DNA of 64,000 nucleotides from an uncultured Clostridia bacterium (GCA_944392615.1 CALXXF010000001.1:48569-112568); one strand, 5' to 3'. Counted from the first letter of the stretch, positions 10,380-22,620 are shown. The notes: a model not told the origin generated them from the letters alone. Made by a program: numbers and translations.

Positions 10380-12257
10380 ATGAAAATTTCGGATTCGGGA
10401 ATCGGAGAGCTTGACGAAAAAAATCTCACTGTTGACGAGCTCATAGAAAACGGCAAAAATTCGGGAGGTCTTTCTGAAAGTGAGATAATGGACGCCATAG
10501 AAAACGGCAACTGTGATCTCGACCAGATGGACAATCTCTATGAGGCTCTTGAAAACATGGAGGAAGAGATAACCGATTTTGTCAATAATAACGAGGGCGA
10601 GGCAATAGAAAATGAGGTAGAGCAGTTTGAATCGGCGGAAAAGATGGAACGTATGCTCGCTCAGGAAGGACTTGCCGTAGATGACCCTGTGAGAATGTAT
10701 CTCAAGGAAATAGGCAAGGTGTCGCTTCTTTCCCATGAGAAAGAGACAGAATATGCCCGCAGTATGTTTGAGGGCATAAACGCCCCGCTTGTAATAATGT
10801 CCGACGAGCTTGTAAAGAAAATAAGGGAGATGTCAGAAACAGACTATCTTGCTCTTCGTGCCGCTGCCATATCGCTTGCCGAGGAGAAGAGCAGCTTTAC
10901 TGACATCAAGGACAAAAAGAAAAGATATGCGTCAAGTGACGAGATAACCGAGGATAAAATACCTGGCTTCATTGAGCTGCTCTTTTCCACAGTCAAGGGC
11001 GCTAAAACGATATACGAAAATCACAGGGCGCTTTACCGCAATATCGGCGCATGGATGAAGGATGCCGTCCCGAAGCTCTCCGAAATTTTCGAAGGAATTT
11101 CGTCAGATACCCAGGACGTGCCTTCAATGATTGCCGACATAGAGAGAATATGCCTTATATGGAATGACAGCAGTAAATTCAAGAACGCGGAAAAGTACGA
11201 GAAAAAGGACAAGATGTTCGATCTCGATGACGAGGATATTGCCGCCGAGTTCGGCGACGGATTTGAAGATGAAGACGAGTATTCCGCGTATGAGCATGAT
11301 ACTGAAAACGGGAATAGCGACGAGTATGACTATGTGGACTCCGGACACGGGAATAAGGAAAATGCAGATGAGTCCGGTACAGCGTATGACACGGATGACT
11401 CGTGTCTTGCATTGTCCGAAGACGAGCAGGTTTCTGACGAGGAAGAAACTGATTTTGAGATAACCATAACCTTCTCGGATTTTGATGAAGAGACTGTCAG
11501 AAAAAGCGCTCTCAGGATGTTTGCAAAGGGTCATATCGCAAAGCAGAGGCTGGTTGAAGCCAACCTCAGGCTTGTTGTAAGTATTGCAAAAAGGCATTCA
11601 GGAAAGGGCCTTTCTTTTCTCGACCTTATTCAGGAAGGCAATCTCGGTCTTCTGAAGGCGGTTGAAAAATTCGACTACAGGAAAAACTTTAAGTTTTCGA
11701 CGTACGCCACATGGTGGATACGCCAGGCGATAACGAGGGCAATCGCAGATCAGGCAAGGACTATAAGGATCCCTGTGCATATGGTCGAGACAATACATAA
11801 GGTGTCAAGAGTTTCAAGAAAGCTCTTGCAGGACCTCGGTCACGAGCCCTCTGTTGACGAAATTGCCAAAGAAATGAACATAACCCCCGAAAAGGTCAGG
11901 GAGTATATGAAGATAGCCCTTGACCCGGTTTCTCTTGAAATGCCGATAGGCGAGGAAGAGGATACACATCTCGGAGATTTTATAGAGGACGCCGATTCGC
12001 CTTCTCCTTCGGACAGCGTGTCACAGACCATGCTGCGCGAACAGCTCCTTGAAGTGCTGAAAACTCTAACTCCGAGAGAAGAGCAGGTGCTTAAGCTGAG
12101 ATTCGGGCTGAAGGACGGAAGAATGAGAACGCTTGAGGACGTCGGCAAGATATTCAACATAACACGTGAACGTATACGCCAGATTGAAGCCAAGGCGCTC
12201 CGTAAGTTGCGTCATCCCAGCCGCTCAAAGCGGCTCAAGGACTATCTCGACTCCTGA
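10380..12257 (+). CDS. sigA: RNA polymerase primary sigma factor (sigma-70/SigA) carrying a large acidic non-conserved insert
   Basis: Region 1.2 ([11 protein letters not shown]) is present, along with region 2 ([17 protein letters not shown]), region 3, and region 4.2 ([20 protein letters not shown]). A D/E-rich segment of about 250 aa lies between regions 1.2 and 2.1. Confidence 0.92.
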   Translation: MKISDSGIGELDEKNLTVDELIENGKNSGGLSESEIMDAIENGNCDLDQMDNLYEALENMEEEITDFVNNNEGEAIENEVEQFESAEKMERMLAQEGLAVDDPVRMYLKEIGKVSLLSHEKETEYARSMFEGINAPLVIMSDELVKKIREMSETDYLALRAAAISLAEEKSSFTDIKDKKKRYASSDEITEDKIPGFIELLFSTVKGAKTIYENHRALYRNIGAWMKDAVPKLSEIFEGISSDTQDVPSMIADIERICLIWNDSSKFKNAEKYEKKDKMFDLDDEDIAAEFGDGFEDEDEYSAYEHDTENGNSDEYDYVDSGHGNKENADESGTAYDTDDSCLALSEDEQVSDEEETDFEITITFSDFDEETVRKSALRMFAKGHIAKQRLVEANLRLVVSIAKRHSGKGLSFLDLIQEGNLGLLKAVEKFDYRKNFKFSTYATWWIRQAITRAIADQARTIRIPVHMVETIHKVSRVSRKLLQDLGHEPSVDEIAKEMNITPEKVREYMKIALDPVSLEMPIGEEEDTHLGDFIEDADSPSPSDSVSQTMLREQLLEVLKTLTPREEQVLKLRFGLKDGRMRTLEDVGKIFNITRERIRQIEAKALRKLRHPSRSKRLKDYLDS

Positions 12258-12609
12258 TGCCGGCAAAAAAACGGATCAGAATTACACATAATTACTTCGG
12301 ATGAATAAATTTAGCGAGATAGACAATAAATTCGTTGAAAATTTGGGTTTAATGCTGAAAATAATGTCAAATTACACGAATTTTACGCATCACTTTGGTC
12401 AACATGCAAGCAACGTTGTCGCTTTTGCGGTTTCTTCCTTCGCACTCCCGCGCACGCGCGACCCCCATTCCCGAAATTTGCGTCTTGACATATACGGCAA
12501 ATTAATATAAAATACTGTTGTTATATCTGCGCCTGCTCTGCGCCTGCGGCTTCACGCCGTGAAAGATTCGCCGAGCGGACAGGCGCTTTCTGTTAGGAGG
12601 AAAAACCGT

Positions 12610-14376
12610 ATGAAACATAAGATGTCGGCTGTTGCGGTGATAATATCGCTTCTGACACTTGTGCTCGTATTCACAGCCTGCGGAGGAGGCGGAAATGTCG
12701 CTTCTGAGGGCACGATCAAGCCGAGAACAATAACGATCTATTCGATAACCGGAGACTCCACGACCCAGGAGGCCATAAAGGCGGTCGAGGACAGTCTCAA
12801 TGATATAACCGAGTCTCTTTACAAAACTCATGTCGTGCTCAAGCTCTACAAGGAAAGTGAGTACGAGGACGTCCTCAAGGAAGTCATCGCTGCCAATGAG
12901 CGCGGAGATGTCGGAGTAGATCTCGACGATTCAGATGATGTGGAGGTCACCGAGTACAACGAGTACGGAAGACCTCTCACCGTTTATCCGCAGGCGGTGA
13001 AGAATCAGTTCGATATATTTCTTATTCCGGAAGGCTATGAAAGCTTTGACTACTACACCCAGGAGTATTTCAATTTCACTGATACCGATGGAACGCTCGT
13101 AGAGATGGGCGGCGTGGCACTTGATATATCTTCTGAGCTTTCTTCCAGCTCCAACGGCTTCCTCCTCAACCAGTACATACCTTCAAAGGTTCTCGATTTC
13201 TGCAGGGAAAATCCCGTCGATTCCTCTTCTGCACTTTACGGCATACCGAGTAACCGCTACTACGGCGATGCAGAGTATATGCTTATAAACAAGGAACTCT
13301 TTGCCGAGTATAACTACGATCCTTCTACGATTACCGACATGTTCTCGGTACACGATTTTCTTGAAGACCTCGCTGCAGACTGCGGAAGCGGAAAGCGGGA
13401 AAATACCGTGCCGCTTTACAATGTTCCGAGCATGAACCTTGTCAGCCTTACCGGCAAAAAGTCGGTCGTCGCACAGGCCGTTTCTCCTGATTCCCTTGTT
13501 TCGTCAGGTATGTACACACCGATGAATATATTTGCGATACCGAGCGTACAGCAGACAATGAGGTTTGTCTCCGATATAAACGTTGCCGGCGGCATTATGC
13601 CGATCGTGACCGACAAGGTGGACTTTGATACTGAGTTCGGCGCGGCGTTCGTCTACGGCAACGCCTCCACCCTTGAACAGTATGCTGATGACTACTATGT
13701 GTTGCTCAATACACCGTCTCTCGTTGAAAACGAAGATATATACAAGGGCATCTATGCAATAAGCAACTACGCCAGTGAATATGCCGATCGCTGCATGCAG
13801 ATTCTCACCTGTCTCAACACCAACGCCGAGTTCAGAAATATATTTGGCTACGGCGTGGAGAACATGAACTACATGATCGACGAGGAGACCGGGTATGTCG
13901 TTAAAACAAACGACACGTATGAAATGGACCTTGAGGCTACCGGAAATATGTTCCTGCTCATGCAGAACAGCGAAATGAGCGAGGAAGAGCTGATTCTCTC
14001 AGCTGAATCATGGGCAGTTGCCAAGGCAACAAACAATGATGCTGTTGTATCTCCGTACAATAAATTCACACTCAGCACCGAGTATGTAGCTTCTGACTAC
14101 AGCAATCTCCTTTTGTATCAGCCCACCGCAGTTGTCATACCGGAGCTTGAAATGCTGTATGACGAGATATGGGTATGGATAGCTGAATTTCCGACATACT
14201 CAAGCCCTACTACCGGAGAAAAGCTTAATACCTTCAGCGAGTATCTGATTGTCCTTCAGGAGGAGCTGAACAAGAATCTTTCGGTACAGAGTGCTTCCAG
14301 TCAGGTTTATACCACATCGTTGAGAATGCAGTATACAACATGGTATAACCTGATGTACGGCGGAGCTCCGTCGTAA
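12610..14376 (+). CDS. Lipoprotein resembling a large family-1 extracellular solute-binding protein (orphan)
   Basis: Signal peptide with lipobox LVFTAC. 588 aa. RBS is aggagg. No adjacent permease or ATPase genes. Confidence 0.6.
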   Translation: MKHKMSAVAVIISLLTLVLVFTACGGGGNVASEGTIKPRTITIYSITGDSTTQEAIKAVEDSLNDITESLYKTHVVLKLYKESEYEDVLKEVIAANERGDVGVDLDDSDDVEVTEYNEYGRPLTVYPQAVKNQFDIFLIPEGYESFDYYTQEYFNFTDTDGTLVEMGGVALDISSELSSSSNGFLLNQYIPSKVLDFCRENPVDSSSALYGIPSNRYYGDAEYMLINKELFAEYNYDPSTITDMFSVHDFLEDLAADCGSGKRENTVPLYNVPSMNLVSLTGKKSVVAQAVSPDSLVSSGMYTPMNIFAIPSVQQTMRFVSDINVAGGIMPIVTDKVDFDTEFGAAFVYGNASTLEQYADDYYVLLNTPSLVENEDIYKGIYAISNYASEYADRCMQILTCLNTNAEFRNIFGYGVENMNYMIDEETGYVVKTNDTYEMDLEATGNMFLLMQNSEMSEEELILSAESWAVAKATNNDAVVSPYNKFTLSTEYVASDYSNLLLYQPTAVVIPELEMLYDEIWVWIAEFPTYSSPTTGEKLNTFSEYLIVLQEELNKNLSVQSASSQVYTTSLRMQYTTWYNLMYGGAPS

Positions 14377-14514
14377 TAAAATAACCGTCCTGACCGGTTT
14401 ATCCGGTTTTGACAAATGTATTAACTTCCCGTATTTTTGAGCTTTTCGGATCGATTGACTGGTATCCGATGAATGTCGTTTAACGTTGTTCGTTTGTTTT
14501 TTAATGAATATGTG

Positions 14515-14550
14515 GAGCGGACCGCTGCAAAGGCGGTCCGCTTTTATTTG
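14515..14550 (+). terminator. Rho-independent terminator (gcggaccgc..gcggtccgc + T-run)
   Basis: A perfect 9-bp stem followed by ttttatttg. Confidence 0.6.
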
Positions 14551-14688
14551 TGATAAACAAGTAAAAAACCACATGCAGGAAAAAACTGAGATTCTGCGGT
14601 ATAATAGGCTTTAAAATGGCAAAAACTCGCTTTATATAATGAAATAATTGTGCAAAAAGTAGAAAATATCCTCTGCCACGTTTCACGC

Positions 14689-14718
14689 TTGACAATTCAG
14701 GCAGGGTTAGTGTATAAT
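14689..14718 (+). promoter_or_regulatory. Putative sigma-A promoter of the str operon (TTGACA, 18-nt spacer, TATAAT)
   Basis: Consensus hexamers read directly from the sequence. Confidence 0.5.
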
Positions 14719-14853
14719 ATATCAGCTAATGCGTGGGAGTACGTCTTCAGCCGACATACGCCATGTGCATTGGATTTGTTCTTTTACGCTGCGCGCGAAA
14801 GGACAGCAAATATTCAGGTCAGAAATAATATCAAAAAGTCAGGAGGTGCTATA

Positions 14854-15267
14854 TTGCCAACATTTAACCAGCTTGTTAAGTATGGCAGACAGGACAAGGT
14901 TTTCAAATCGAAAACTCCTGTTCTGCAGAAGGGTTTTAACTCTCTTACCAAGGAAACGACAGACCAGAGCTCGCCTCAGAGAAGAGGTGTTTGCACAAAG
15001 GTTTCCACCACAAGCCCCAAGAAGCCTAACTCAGCTCTTCGTAAGATAGCAAGGGTTAAGCTCACGAACGGTCTTGAAGCAACGGTCTATATTCCCGGTA
15101 TCGGACATAACCTTCAGGAACACTCGGTCGTCCTCATCAGAGGCGGAAGGGTCCGTGACCTGCCTGGTGTCCGTTATCACATAATCCGCGGCAAGCTCGA
15201 CGCACAGGGCGTTGCTAACCGCAAGCAGGGACGTTCCAAATACGGAGCAAAGAGATCGAAGCAGTGA
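14854..15267 (+). CDS. rpsL: 30S ribosomal protein S12
   Basis: [12 protein letters not shown]...[10 protein letters not shown]...GVRYHIIRG. Uses a TTG start 7 nt after the RBS ggaggtg, in frame with ORF 14650-15267. Confidence 0.93.
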   Translation: MPTFNQLVKYGRQDKVFKSKTPVLQKGFNSLTKETTDQSSPQRRGVCTKVSTTSPKKPNSALRKIARVKLTNGLEATVYIPGIGHNLQEHSVVLIRGGRVRDLPGVRYHIIRGKLDAQGVANRKQGRSKYGAKRSKQ

Positions 15268-15411
15268 TTACAGCATCCGTGAAGGGTGCAGAGGTAACTT
15301 AAGAATAATCTAAAAATAGCACACAGCCTGGCGATTTGATATTGTTTTTGACTTGTCAGATCCTCTTCGGATGGTGTGCATTTACGGAAGATGTCTTTCG
15401 AGTACCTGTGA

Positions 15412-15912
<501 letters not shown>

Positions 15913-15968
15913 TGTCTGCATGGCGCTCATGCGCTTTTTGACGGGCATGACAAGGAGATATTACCTAA

Positions 15969-18065
15969 ATGCCGAGAGAATATTCACTTGAGAATACAAG
16001 AAATATAGGAATAATGGCGCACATAGATGCCGGAAAGACTACAACCACCGAGAGAATCCTTTTCTATACAGGAAAGGTTCACAAGCTGGGTGAAGTCCAT
16101 GAGGGCGGCGCTGTTATGGACTGGATGGAACAGGAACAGGAAAGGGGCATAACGATAACTTCTGCTGCAACCACCTGCTTCTGGCGCGGCAACAGAATAA
16201 ATATAATCGATACTCCCGGACACGTTGACTTTACGGTTGAGGTCGAGCGCTCACTCAGAGTCCTTGACGGTTCGGTTACTGTTCTCTGCGCCAAGGGAGG
16301 CGTTGAGCCTCAGTCAGAGACGGTATGGCATCAGGCGGACAAGTACAGGGTTCCGAGAATGGCATATGTAAACAAAATGGATATCAACGGCGCCAATTTT
16401 TACCGCGTCGTGGAAATGATGAGGGAGCGCCTGAAGGCAAATGCTGTACCGATACAGCTTCCGATAGGTGCTGAAGACACCTTCAGAGGAATCATAGACC
16501 TCATCAATATGGAAGCTGATGTTTACTATGATGACCTTGGAAAGGACATGAGAACCGAGTCGATTCCGGAGGACATGCGTGAGAAAGCCGAAACGTACCG
16601 CACTGCTCTTGTCGAGGCTGTTGCAGAAACTGACGACGATCTGTTCGAAAAGTACTGCGGCGGAGAGGAAATCACAATTCCTGAGCTCAAGAGCGCTCTG
16701 CGCAAGGCTACCATTGACAACAAGATAGTTCCGGTCGTCTGCGGTACTTCATACAGAAACAAGGGTGTCCAGAAGCTGCTTGACGCAATAGTTGACTATA
16801 TGCCGGCGCCTACCGATATCCCGTCCATTAAGGGAGTCAATCCCGATACGGGAGAGGAGGTCGTACGTCATCCCGATGACAACGGTCCTTTTTCTGCCCT
16901 TGCTTTCAAGATAATGACAGACCCTTATGTCGGAAAGCTCTGCTTCTTCAGGGTTTATTCCGGTCACATACCCACCGGAACTACGGTTTACAACTCTACA
17001 AAAGGTGTCAGAGAGCGCTTCGGACGTATCCTTCAGATGCATGCGAATGAAAGAAAGGATATAGATGCCTGCTACTCCGGGGACATTGCAGCTGTTGTCG
17101 GTCTTAAGAACACGACTACCGGAGACACGCTTTGCCTTGAGAGCGAGCCTGTGATACTTGAATCGATGGAGTTCCCGGAGCCTGTCATAAAGGTCGCAAT
17201 AGAACCGAAGACCAAGGCCGGTCAGGAAAAGATGGGCATCGCTCTTTCAAAGCTTGCGGAAGAGGATCCCACATTCAGAACCTATACCGACGAGGAAACC
17301 GGTCAGACAATTATCGCCGGAATGGGCGAGCTTCATCTTGAGATAATAGTTGACAGACTTCTGAGGGAATTCAAGGTAGAAGCAAACGTCGGAAAGCCGC
17401 AGGTTTCCTATAAGGAGACGATTACTGCCTCTGCAGACTCAGACATGAAGTATGCACGTCAGTCTGGCGGTAAGGGTCAGTACGGTCACGTCAAGATCAC
17501 TATCGAACCCAATGAGCCCGGTAAGGGATATGAATTTATCAACAAGGTAGTCGGCGGAGCAATTCCAAAGGAATATATCCCCGCTGTTGACGCAGGTATT
17601 CAGGGCGCTATGCAGAACGGAATACTCGCCGGATATAACGTCGTCGACGTCAAGGTCACACTTTACGATGGTTCTTACCATGAGGTTGACTCTTCTGAAA
17701 TGGCATTCAAGATCGCCGGCTCTATGGCATTCAAGGATGCAATGAAGAAGGCAAAGCCTATACTCACCGAGCCTATAATGAAGGTCGTTGTCCTTGCACC
17801 CGATCAGTATCTGGGAGACGTCATCGGAGACCTCAACTCTCGCCGCGCTCAGATACAGAGTATGGAGCAGGTAGGAGGCACGCAGCAGGTCACCGCTATG
17901 GTGCCGCTTGCTTCAATGTTCGGGTATGCTACCGATCTGCGTTCAAGAACGCAGGGCAGAGGACAGTATTCCATGGAACCCAGTCACTTTGCTCCGGTAC
18001 CGAAGTCGATTCAGGAAGCAATCATGAGCGCAGGCGGAAGAGCAGGCGCGCAGAAGAACGACTGA
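15969..18065 (+). CDS. fusA: Elongation factor G
   Basis: 698 aa with [15 protein letters not shown] and the five EF-G domains. Confidence 0.97.
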   Translation: MPREYSLENTRNIGIMAHIDAGKTTTTERILFYTGKVHKLGEVHEGGAVMDWMEQEQERGITITSAATTCFWRGNRINIIDTPGHVDFTVEVERSLRVLDGSVTVLCAKGGVEPQSETVWHQADKYRVPRMAYVNKMDINGANFYRVVEMMRERLKANAVPIQLPIGAEDTFRGIIDLINMEADVYYDDLGKDMRTESIPEDMREKAETYRTALVEAVAETDDDLFEKYCGGEEITIPELKSALRKATIDNKIVPVVCGTSYRNKGVQKLLDAIVDYMPAPTDIPSIKGVNPDTGEEVVRHPDDNGPFSALAFKIMTDPYVGKLCFFRVYSGHIPTGTTVYNSTKGVRERFGRILQMHANERKDIDACYSGDIAAVVGLKNTTTGDTLCLESEPVILESMEFPEPVIKVAIEPKTKAGQEKMGIALSKLAEEDPTFRTYTDEETGQTIIAGMGELHLEIIVDRLLREFKVEANVGKPQVSYKETITASADSDMKYARQSGGKGQYGHVKITIEPNEPGKGYEFINKVVGGAIPKEYIPAVDAGIQGAMQNGILAGYNVVDVKVTLYDGSYHEVDSSEMAFKIAGSMAFKDAMKKAKPILTEPIMKVVVLAPDQYLGDVIGDLNSRRAQIQSMEQVGGTQQVTAMVPLASMFGYATDLRSRTQGRGQYSMEPSHFAPVPKSIQEAIMSAGGRAGAQKND

Positions 18066-18127
18066 CGCGGATCGCATATTACAATCGCTAAAGTAAAAAA
18101 ATATAAATATTTACGGAGGAACCAAAA

Positions 18128-19333
18128 ATGGCAAAGGCTAAGTTTGAAAGAACAAAACCCCACGTTAACATTGGTACCATTGGTCACGTTGACCACGGCA
18201 AGACCACTCTTACCGCAGCTATCACAAAGACTCTCTCCCTTAAGAACGGACAGATTCAGTTCATGGCATATGATCAGATCGACAACGCTCCCGAGGAGAA
18301 GGCAAGAGGTATCACAATCAACACCCGTCACGTTGAGTATGAAACAGAGAAGCGTCACTACGCTCACGTCGACTGCCCCGGACATGCTGACTACGTAAAG
18401 AACATGATCACCGGTGCTGCTCAGATGGACGGCGCTATCCTCGTTGTTGCTGCTACCGACGGTCCCCTTCAGCAGACCCGCGAGCACGTTCTTCTTGCGC
18501 GTCAGGTCGGCGTTCCCGCTATAGTTGTATTCCTCAACAAGACAGACCTTGTTGACGACGATGAGCTCATCGAGCTCGTTGAGATGGAAGTACGTGAGCT
18601 TCTCTCTTCCTACGAGTTCCCCGGCGATGATATTCCGATCATCCGCGGCTCCGCTCGTGAGGCCCTTGAGAGCCCCTCGACCGATCCTTCCGATCCCGTT
18701 TATGCACCTATTTGGGAGCTTATGAATGCTGTCGATGAATTCATTCCCACTCCCGCACGTGCTGACAACCTTCCTTTCCTTATGCCTGTTGAGGACGTGT
18801 TCTCCATCTCCGGACGCGGAACAGTTGCTACAGGTAGAGTTGAGAGAGGAACTGTCAAGGTTTCTGATGTGGTTGAGATCATCGGTCTTACCGAGGAGAG
18901 AAAGAAAACCACGATTACCGGTGTTGAAATGTTCCACAAGCTCCTCGACCAGGCTGAGGCAGGCGATAACATAGGAGTGCTTCTCCGCGGTATAGCCAAG
19001 AATGAAATTGAACGCGGACAGGTTCTCTGCGCTCCCGGTTCAATCAATCCTCACACCCATTTCATCGGTCAGGTTTACGTTCTTACTGAGAAGGAAGGCG
19101 GACGTCACAATCCCTTCTTCTCCGGATACAGACCTCAGTTCTACTTCAGAACGACCGACGTTACCGGCGTAATCACTCTTCCTGAGGGCACCGAAATGTG
19201 CCGTCCCGGCGACAACGTAGATATGGACGTTCAGCTCATCACTCCTATCGCCGTTGAGAAGGGTCTTCGTTTTGCTATCCGTGAGGGCGGCAGAACAGTC
19301 GGCTCCGGTGTCGTTATCGACATAAAGGGCTGA
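18128..19333 (+). CDS. tuf: Elongation factor Tu
   Basis: 401 aa with [23 protein letters not shown] and NKTD. Confidence 0.97.
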   Translation: MAKAKFERTKPHVNIGTIGHVDHGKTTLTAAITKTLSLKNGQIQFMAYDQIDNAPEEKARGITINTRHVEYETEKRHYAHVDCPGHADYVKNMITGAAQMDGAILVVAATDGPLQQTREHVLLARQVGVPAIVVFLNKTDLVDDDELIELVEMEVRELLSSYEFPGDDIPIIRGSAREALESPSTDPSDPVYAPIWELMNAVDEFIPTPARADNLPFLMPVEDVFSISGRGTVATGRVERGTVKVSDVVEIIGLTEERKKTTITGVEMFHKLLDQAEAGDNIGVLLRGIAKNEIERGQVLCAPGSINPHTHFIGQVYVLTEKEGGRHNPFFSGYRPQFYFRTTDVTGVITLPEGTEMCRPGDNVDMDVQLITPIAVEKGLRFAIREGGRTVGSGVVIDIKG

Positions 19334-19754
19334 TCAGGATCAGGGTCCTGATTCTCCGACAGCACGCCGCAGTATACTGTTGACGTGTGGTCGTTGATTC
19401 ATTGCATACTTGTTCAGGCGGTCGGCGCATAGCCGTCGACCGCCTGACGCTTCGTTTCAGGCTCGCCTCATTCAGTAACTTTTTTCCTCCTCTGGTCATA
19501 TAATGTTCATGGCAGATTTTTGACTGAATTGATTGGTGTTATTGCAGGATTCATGTCACTGTGTACGGAAGTGTACGCTTTTGCCGCCTGTGTCATGACT
19601 GATATGTACTGATATGGCGTGAGCTGTTTCACAACTTCTCCGCTGCTGTCGCCTGCGATTTGCGTGCATTTTTCTTTGGAAAAGTACCTGCTGCAGTTCC
19701 ATCGGGGACAGTGCGGTTTTGTCTTTACTGTTAACAAATAAATATTTTATGTAT

Positions 19755-19990
19755 CTTTGGGGGTTGGTGAAATTCCACACCGGCGGTGATTCGCTTTTCC
19801 GTATCCGGACATGCGAAAGCCCGCGAACGCCTTATGGCGCCGAACAGGTGAGATTCCTGTGCCGACGGTAAAGTCCGGATGATAAAAGATAAAGGGGCAC
19901 ATTGCTTCTGCTTGCAGAAGCGTCCTGCCTGCTTGCCTCCGCGGATGCCTTGCGGCTTTTCCGTCGGGGGTGTTTTTATCTTTTTTTATT
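19755..19990 (+). promoter_or_regulatory. Candidate cobalamin-type riboswitch leader upstream of the ECF S-component gene
   Basis: Ordered motifs GGTGAAATTCC (19766-19776), AGCCCGCGAAC (19819-19829), and a B12-box-like AAGTCCGGA (19870-19878), followed by a hairpin and a T-run. The canonical GCCACTG motif is not evident. Confidence 0.45.
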
Positions 19991-20047
19991 ATATTTGTCC
20001 GATTCGCCCAAGAATACTGAATGCGGAAATGATAAAAGGAGATCAGC

Positions 20048-20824
20048 ATGTTCAGAACAGCTTCAAAAAAAAGCGAAAATAAGGTTTGTGAATCCTCTTC
20101 AAAAACAGGCAGAAAGCAATATGAGCGAACCAAAAAGCTCGTTGTGCTTTCACTGCTTTCTGCTATATCATATCTTTCTGTATACTTAGTTGATTTCAGA
20201 GTCCAGTTTCTTTCCTTTGACATAAAGGACGCCTTTATAACCGTAAGCGCCATGATCTTCGGACCTGTTTCAGGCGTAGTCATGTCGCTTGTCGTATCCT
20301 TCATTGAGATGATATTTATCAGCTCCACCGGATGGTACGGCTTTTTGATGAACTTTATATCTTCGGCTGTGTTTGCCGGTATCGCCGCTCTTATATACAA
20401 ATACAGACGCACAAAGGCGGGCTCCTATATCGCGCTTGTCTCTTCTGTTTTTGCCACTACGGCGGTAATGATGATAGCAAATCTCATTGTTACGCCCTTC
20501 TATTCGGGAATGACTGCCTCTGAGGTGGCTGGTTTGATACCCACGTTTTTGTTCCCGTTCAATCTCATAAAAAGCGTTGTAAACGCGGCTCTGACATTTA
20601 TTCTGTATAAGCCTGTTTCCACGGTACTCAAACGTGCCGGCATTATAAGCCGTACAAACGACAATATGACACGCGCAGCATCTGATTCACAGGAATCCGC
20701 AGTTAAATCCCCGGCAAATGTTAAATATACCGTACTTACATCGATAGGAGCCATTATAATAATAATTGCAAGCATGTTGATATTTGTCTTTGTAATGCAC
20801 GGCGATCTCAGTTTTTTTAAGTAA
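20048..20824 (+). CDS. ECF transporter substrate-specific S-component (orphan; possibly cobalamin-type CbrT-like)
   Basis: 258 aa with about 6 hydrophobic helices in typical S-component architecture. RBS is aaaggag. No EcfA or EcfT genes adjacent. Confidence 0.7.
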   Translation: MFRTASKKSENKVCESSSKTGRKQYERTKKLVVLSLLSAISYLSVYLVDFRVQFLSFDIKDAFITVSAMIFGPVSGVVMSLVVSFIEMIFISSTGWYGFLMNFISSAVFAGIAALIYKYRRTKAGSYIALVSSVFATTAVMMIANLIVTPFYSGMTASEVAGLIPTFLFPFNLIKSVVNAALTFILYKPVSTVLKRAGIISRTNDNMTRAASDSQESAVKSPANVKYTVLTSIGAIIIIIASMLIFVFVMHGDLSFFK

Positions 20825-20911
20825 TTTCAGGGTAATGGCATTGATTTTGTCTATATGTGTTGACAATTCTCTATTGAATATGTATAATTGAATGTGTAGT
20901 CGGAATTTAAT

Positions 20912-21070
20912 ATCTATCTTATCAAGAGTGACGGAGGGACAGGCCCTGTGAAGTCACGGCAACCTGCTTGAACGATTTTCTGATACTGCAAGGTGCCAAT
21001 TCCATGGAGATGAGAGTTTGTGATATTTCTCTTGAAGCGTCTGTGGAAGCACGGGCGCTTTTCTATTTTA
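20912..21070 (+). promoter_or_regulatory. SAM-I (S-box) riboswitch with an intrinsic terminator, preceded by a sigma-A promoter (TTGACA..TATAAT at 20862-20890)
   Basis: cttatcaagagtgacggagggacaggccctgtgaagtcacggcaacc...ggtgccaattcc...atgagag matches the S-box consensus. Terminator is gaagcacgggcgcttttctatttt. Confidence 0.85.
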
Positions 21071-21432
21071 CTTTGCTGCTCGTTAAAAGTTTATAATTGA
21101 TTTCTGACAGGGTGCAAGGCTACGGAAGAGCATGCTATGATTCTGACGAAGCAGAAAAATCAGGACAGCTGAGAAGTGAAAATTGATGCACCTTTATCTT
21201 GAGCGAATTGTCTCACTTAGTTGTCTTAAAGGTGCCCTGGTACGGTGTTTGGCGGTTATCCGCGCTTTTTTCGCACATTCCGGTTGTGCTCTCACGTCGT
21301 ACATATATCCGCAGCTGCGTATGGCGGTCAATATACGATAAAGGTCTATATGTCTTACTGTCATACGTTATGCAGAGAATATTGTTTGTGCAAATTACAT
21401 TTGATAAAGCCGCTGCGCGGAAGGGAGATATT

Positions 21433-22617
21433 ATGAAAAAATTATTTACATCGGAATCTGTTACAGAGGGACATCCCGACAAAATATGCGATATTATATC
21501 AGATTCTATACTTGACGCAATTATCGCCGAGGATAAAAACGCCAGAGTAGCATGCGAAACAACTGCTACAACCGGGGTGATAAATATTTTCGGCGAGATC
21601 ACTACTACCGCATGGGTGGATATGGAAAGTATAGTGCGCGAATGTCTAAGGAACATAGGATATGACCGTGCAAAGTACGGATTTGATTGCGATACCTGCG
21701 CCGTCATATCGTCCATACACAAGCAGTCGCCAGATATAGCACTGGGCGTTGACAGATCACTTGAATCAAAAAAGGGAGAGGACAAGTCATATGACACCGG
21801 AGCAGGGGACCAGGGCATGATGTTCGGGTATGCGTGCGATGAGACGCAGGAATATATGCCGCTGCCCATATCTCTTGCCCATAAGATGGCAAAAAGGCTT
21901 GCTGAGCTGAGGAAAAACAAGGTGCTTGAGTACCTGAGACCAGACGGTAAAACACAGGTGACGGTAGAATATGACAAAGATGAGCCTGTCAGAGTTGATA
22001 CTGTTGTCATATCGACACAGCACGATCCTGAAGTAGAACACGAGAGAATAGAACACGACATGGTGGAGCTCGTGGCTAAGGCAGTTATTCCCCAAAGGCT
22101 TATTGACGATCAGACGAAATATTACATAAATCCCACCGGAAGATTTGTTGTGGGCGGTCCGCAGGGAGATTCCGGCCTTACGGGGCGAAAAATTATTGTT
22201 GATACGTATGGAGGGGCGGCACGTCACGGCGGAGGGGCTTTCTCCGGAAAGGATCCGACCAAAGTCGATCGCTCCGGCGCCTACGCAGCCAGATATATTG
22301 CCAAAAACATAGTCGCCGCGTCGCTTGCAAAAAGATGTGAGGTACAGATTGCCTATGCGATAGGTGTCGCAAGACCGGTTTCTGTTATGATAGAGACCTT
22401 CGGAACATCTGAATACTCTAACGAACAGCTTGCCGAGGCTGTAGTGAAATCTCTGGATTTGAGGCCTGCGGCAATAATAGAAAGATTTCAGCTTCGCCGT
22501 CCGATGTATGCAGCTCATGCCGCCTATGGTCAGATAGGAAGACAGGACCTTGGAAGCCCGTGGGAACAGCTTGACCTGATACCAGAAATAAAGAAAAATC
22601 TCGGTTTGCCTGTCTGA
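21433..22617 (+). CDS. metK: S-adenosylmethionine synthetase
   Basis: [20 protein letters not shown]...[22 protein letters not shown] is aagggag. The start was refined inside ORF 21199-22617. Confidence 0.97.
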   Translation: MKKLFTSESVTEGHPDKICDIISDSILDAIIAEDKNARVACETTATTGVINIFGEITTTAWVDMESIVRECLRNIGYDRAKYGFDCDTCAVISSIHKQSPDIALGVDRSLESKKGEDKSYDTGAGDQGMMFGYACDETQEYMPLPISLAHKMAKRLAELRKNKVLEYLRPDGKTQVTVEYDKDEPVRVDTVVISTQHDPEVEHERIEHDMVELVAKAVIPQRLIDDQTKYYINPTGRFVVGGPQGDSGLTGRKIIVDTYGGAARHGGGAFSGKDPTKVDRSGAYAARYIAKNIVAASLAKRCEVQIAYAIGVARPVSVMIETFGTSEYSNEQLAEAVVKSLDLRPAAIIERFQLRRPMYAAHAAYGQIGRQDLGSPWEQLDLIPEIKKNLGLPV

Positions 22618-22620
22618 ACC

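Noticed and set aside
12301-12510. 69-aa plus-strand ORF in the sigA-lipoprotein spacer
   Set aside because: It overlaps the predicted promoter of the lipoprotein gene, has no RBS, and has odd composition.
18011-18937. 308-aa minus-strand ORF antisense to tuf (also 18700-19047)
   Set aside because: Shadow ORF of the highly conserved EF-Tu gene; its translation has no recognisable features.
19332-19446. Two hairpins after tuf, considered as a terminator
   Set aside because: Both stems are good (atcagga..tcctgat; ggcggtcg..cgaccgcc) but neither is followed by a T-run, so a classic intrinsic terminator cannot be called confidently.
19747-20412. 221-aa minus-strand ORF overlapping the riboswitch-like leader and the ECF S-component
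   Set aside because: It conflicts with a coherent membrane-protein gene plus leader on the plus strand, has no RBS, and its composition looks random.
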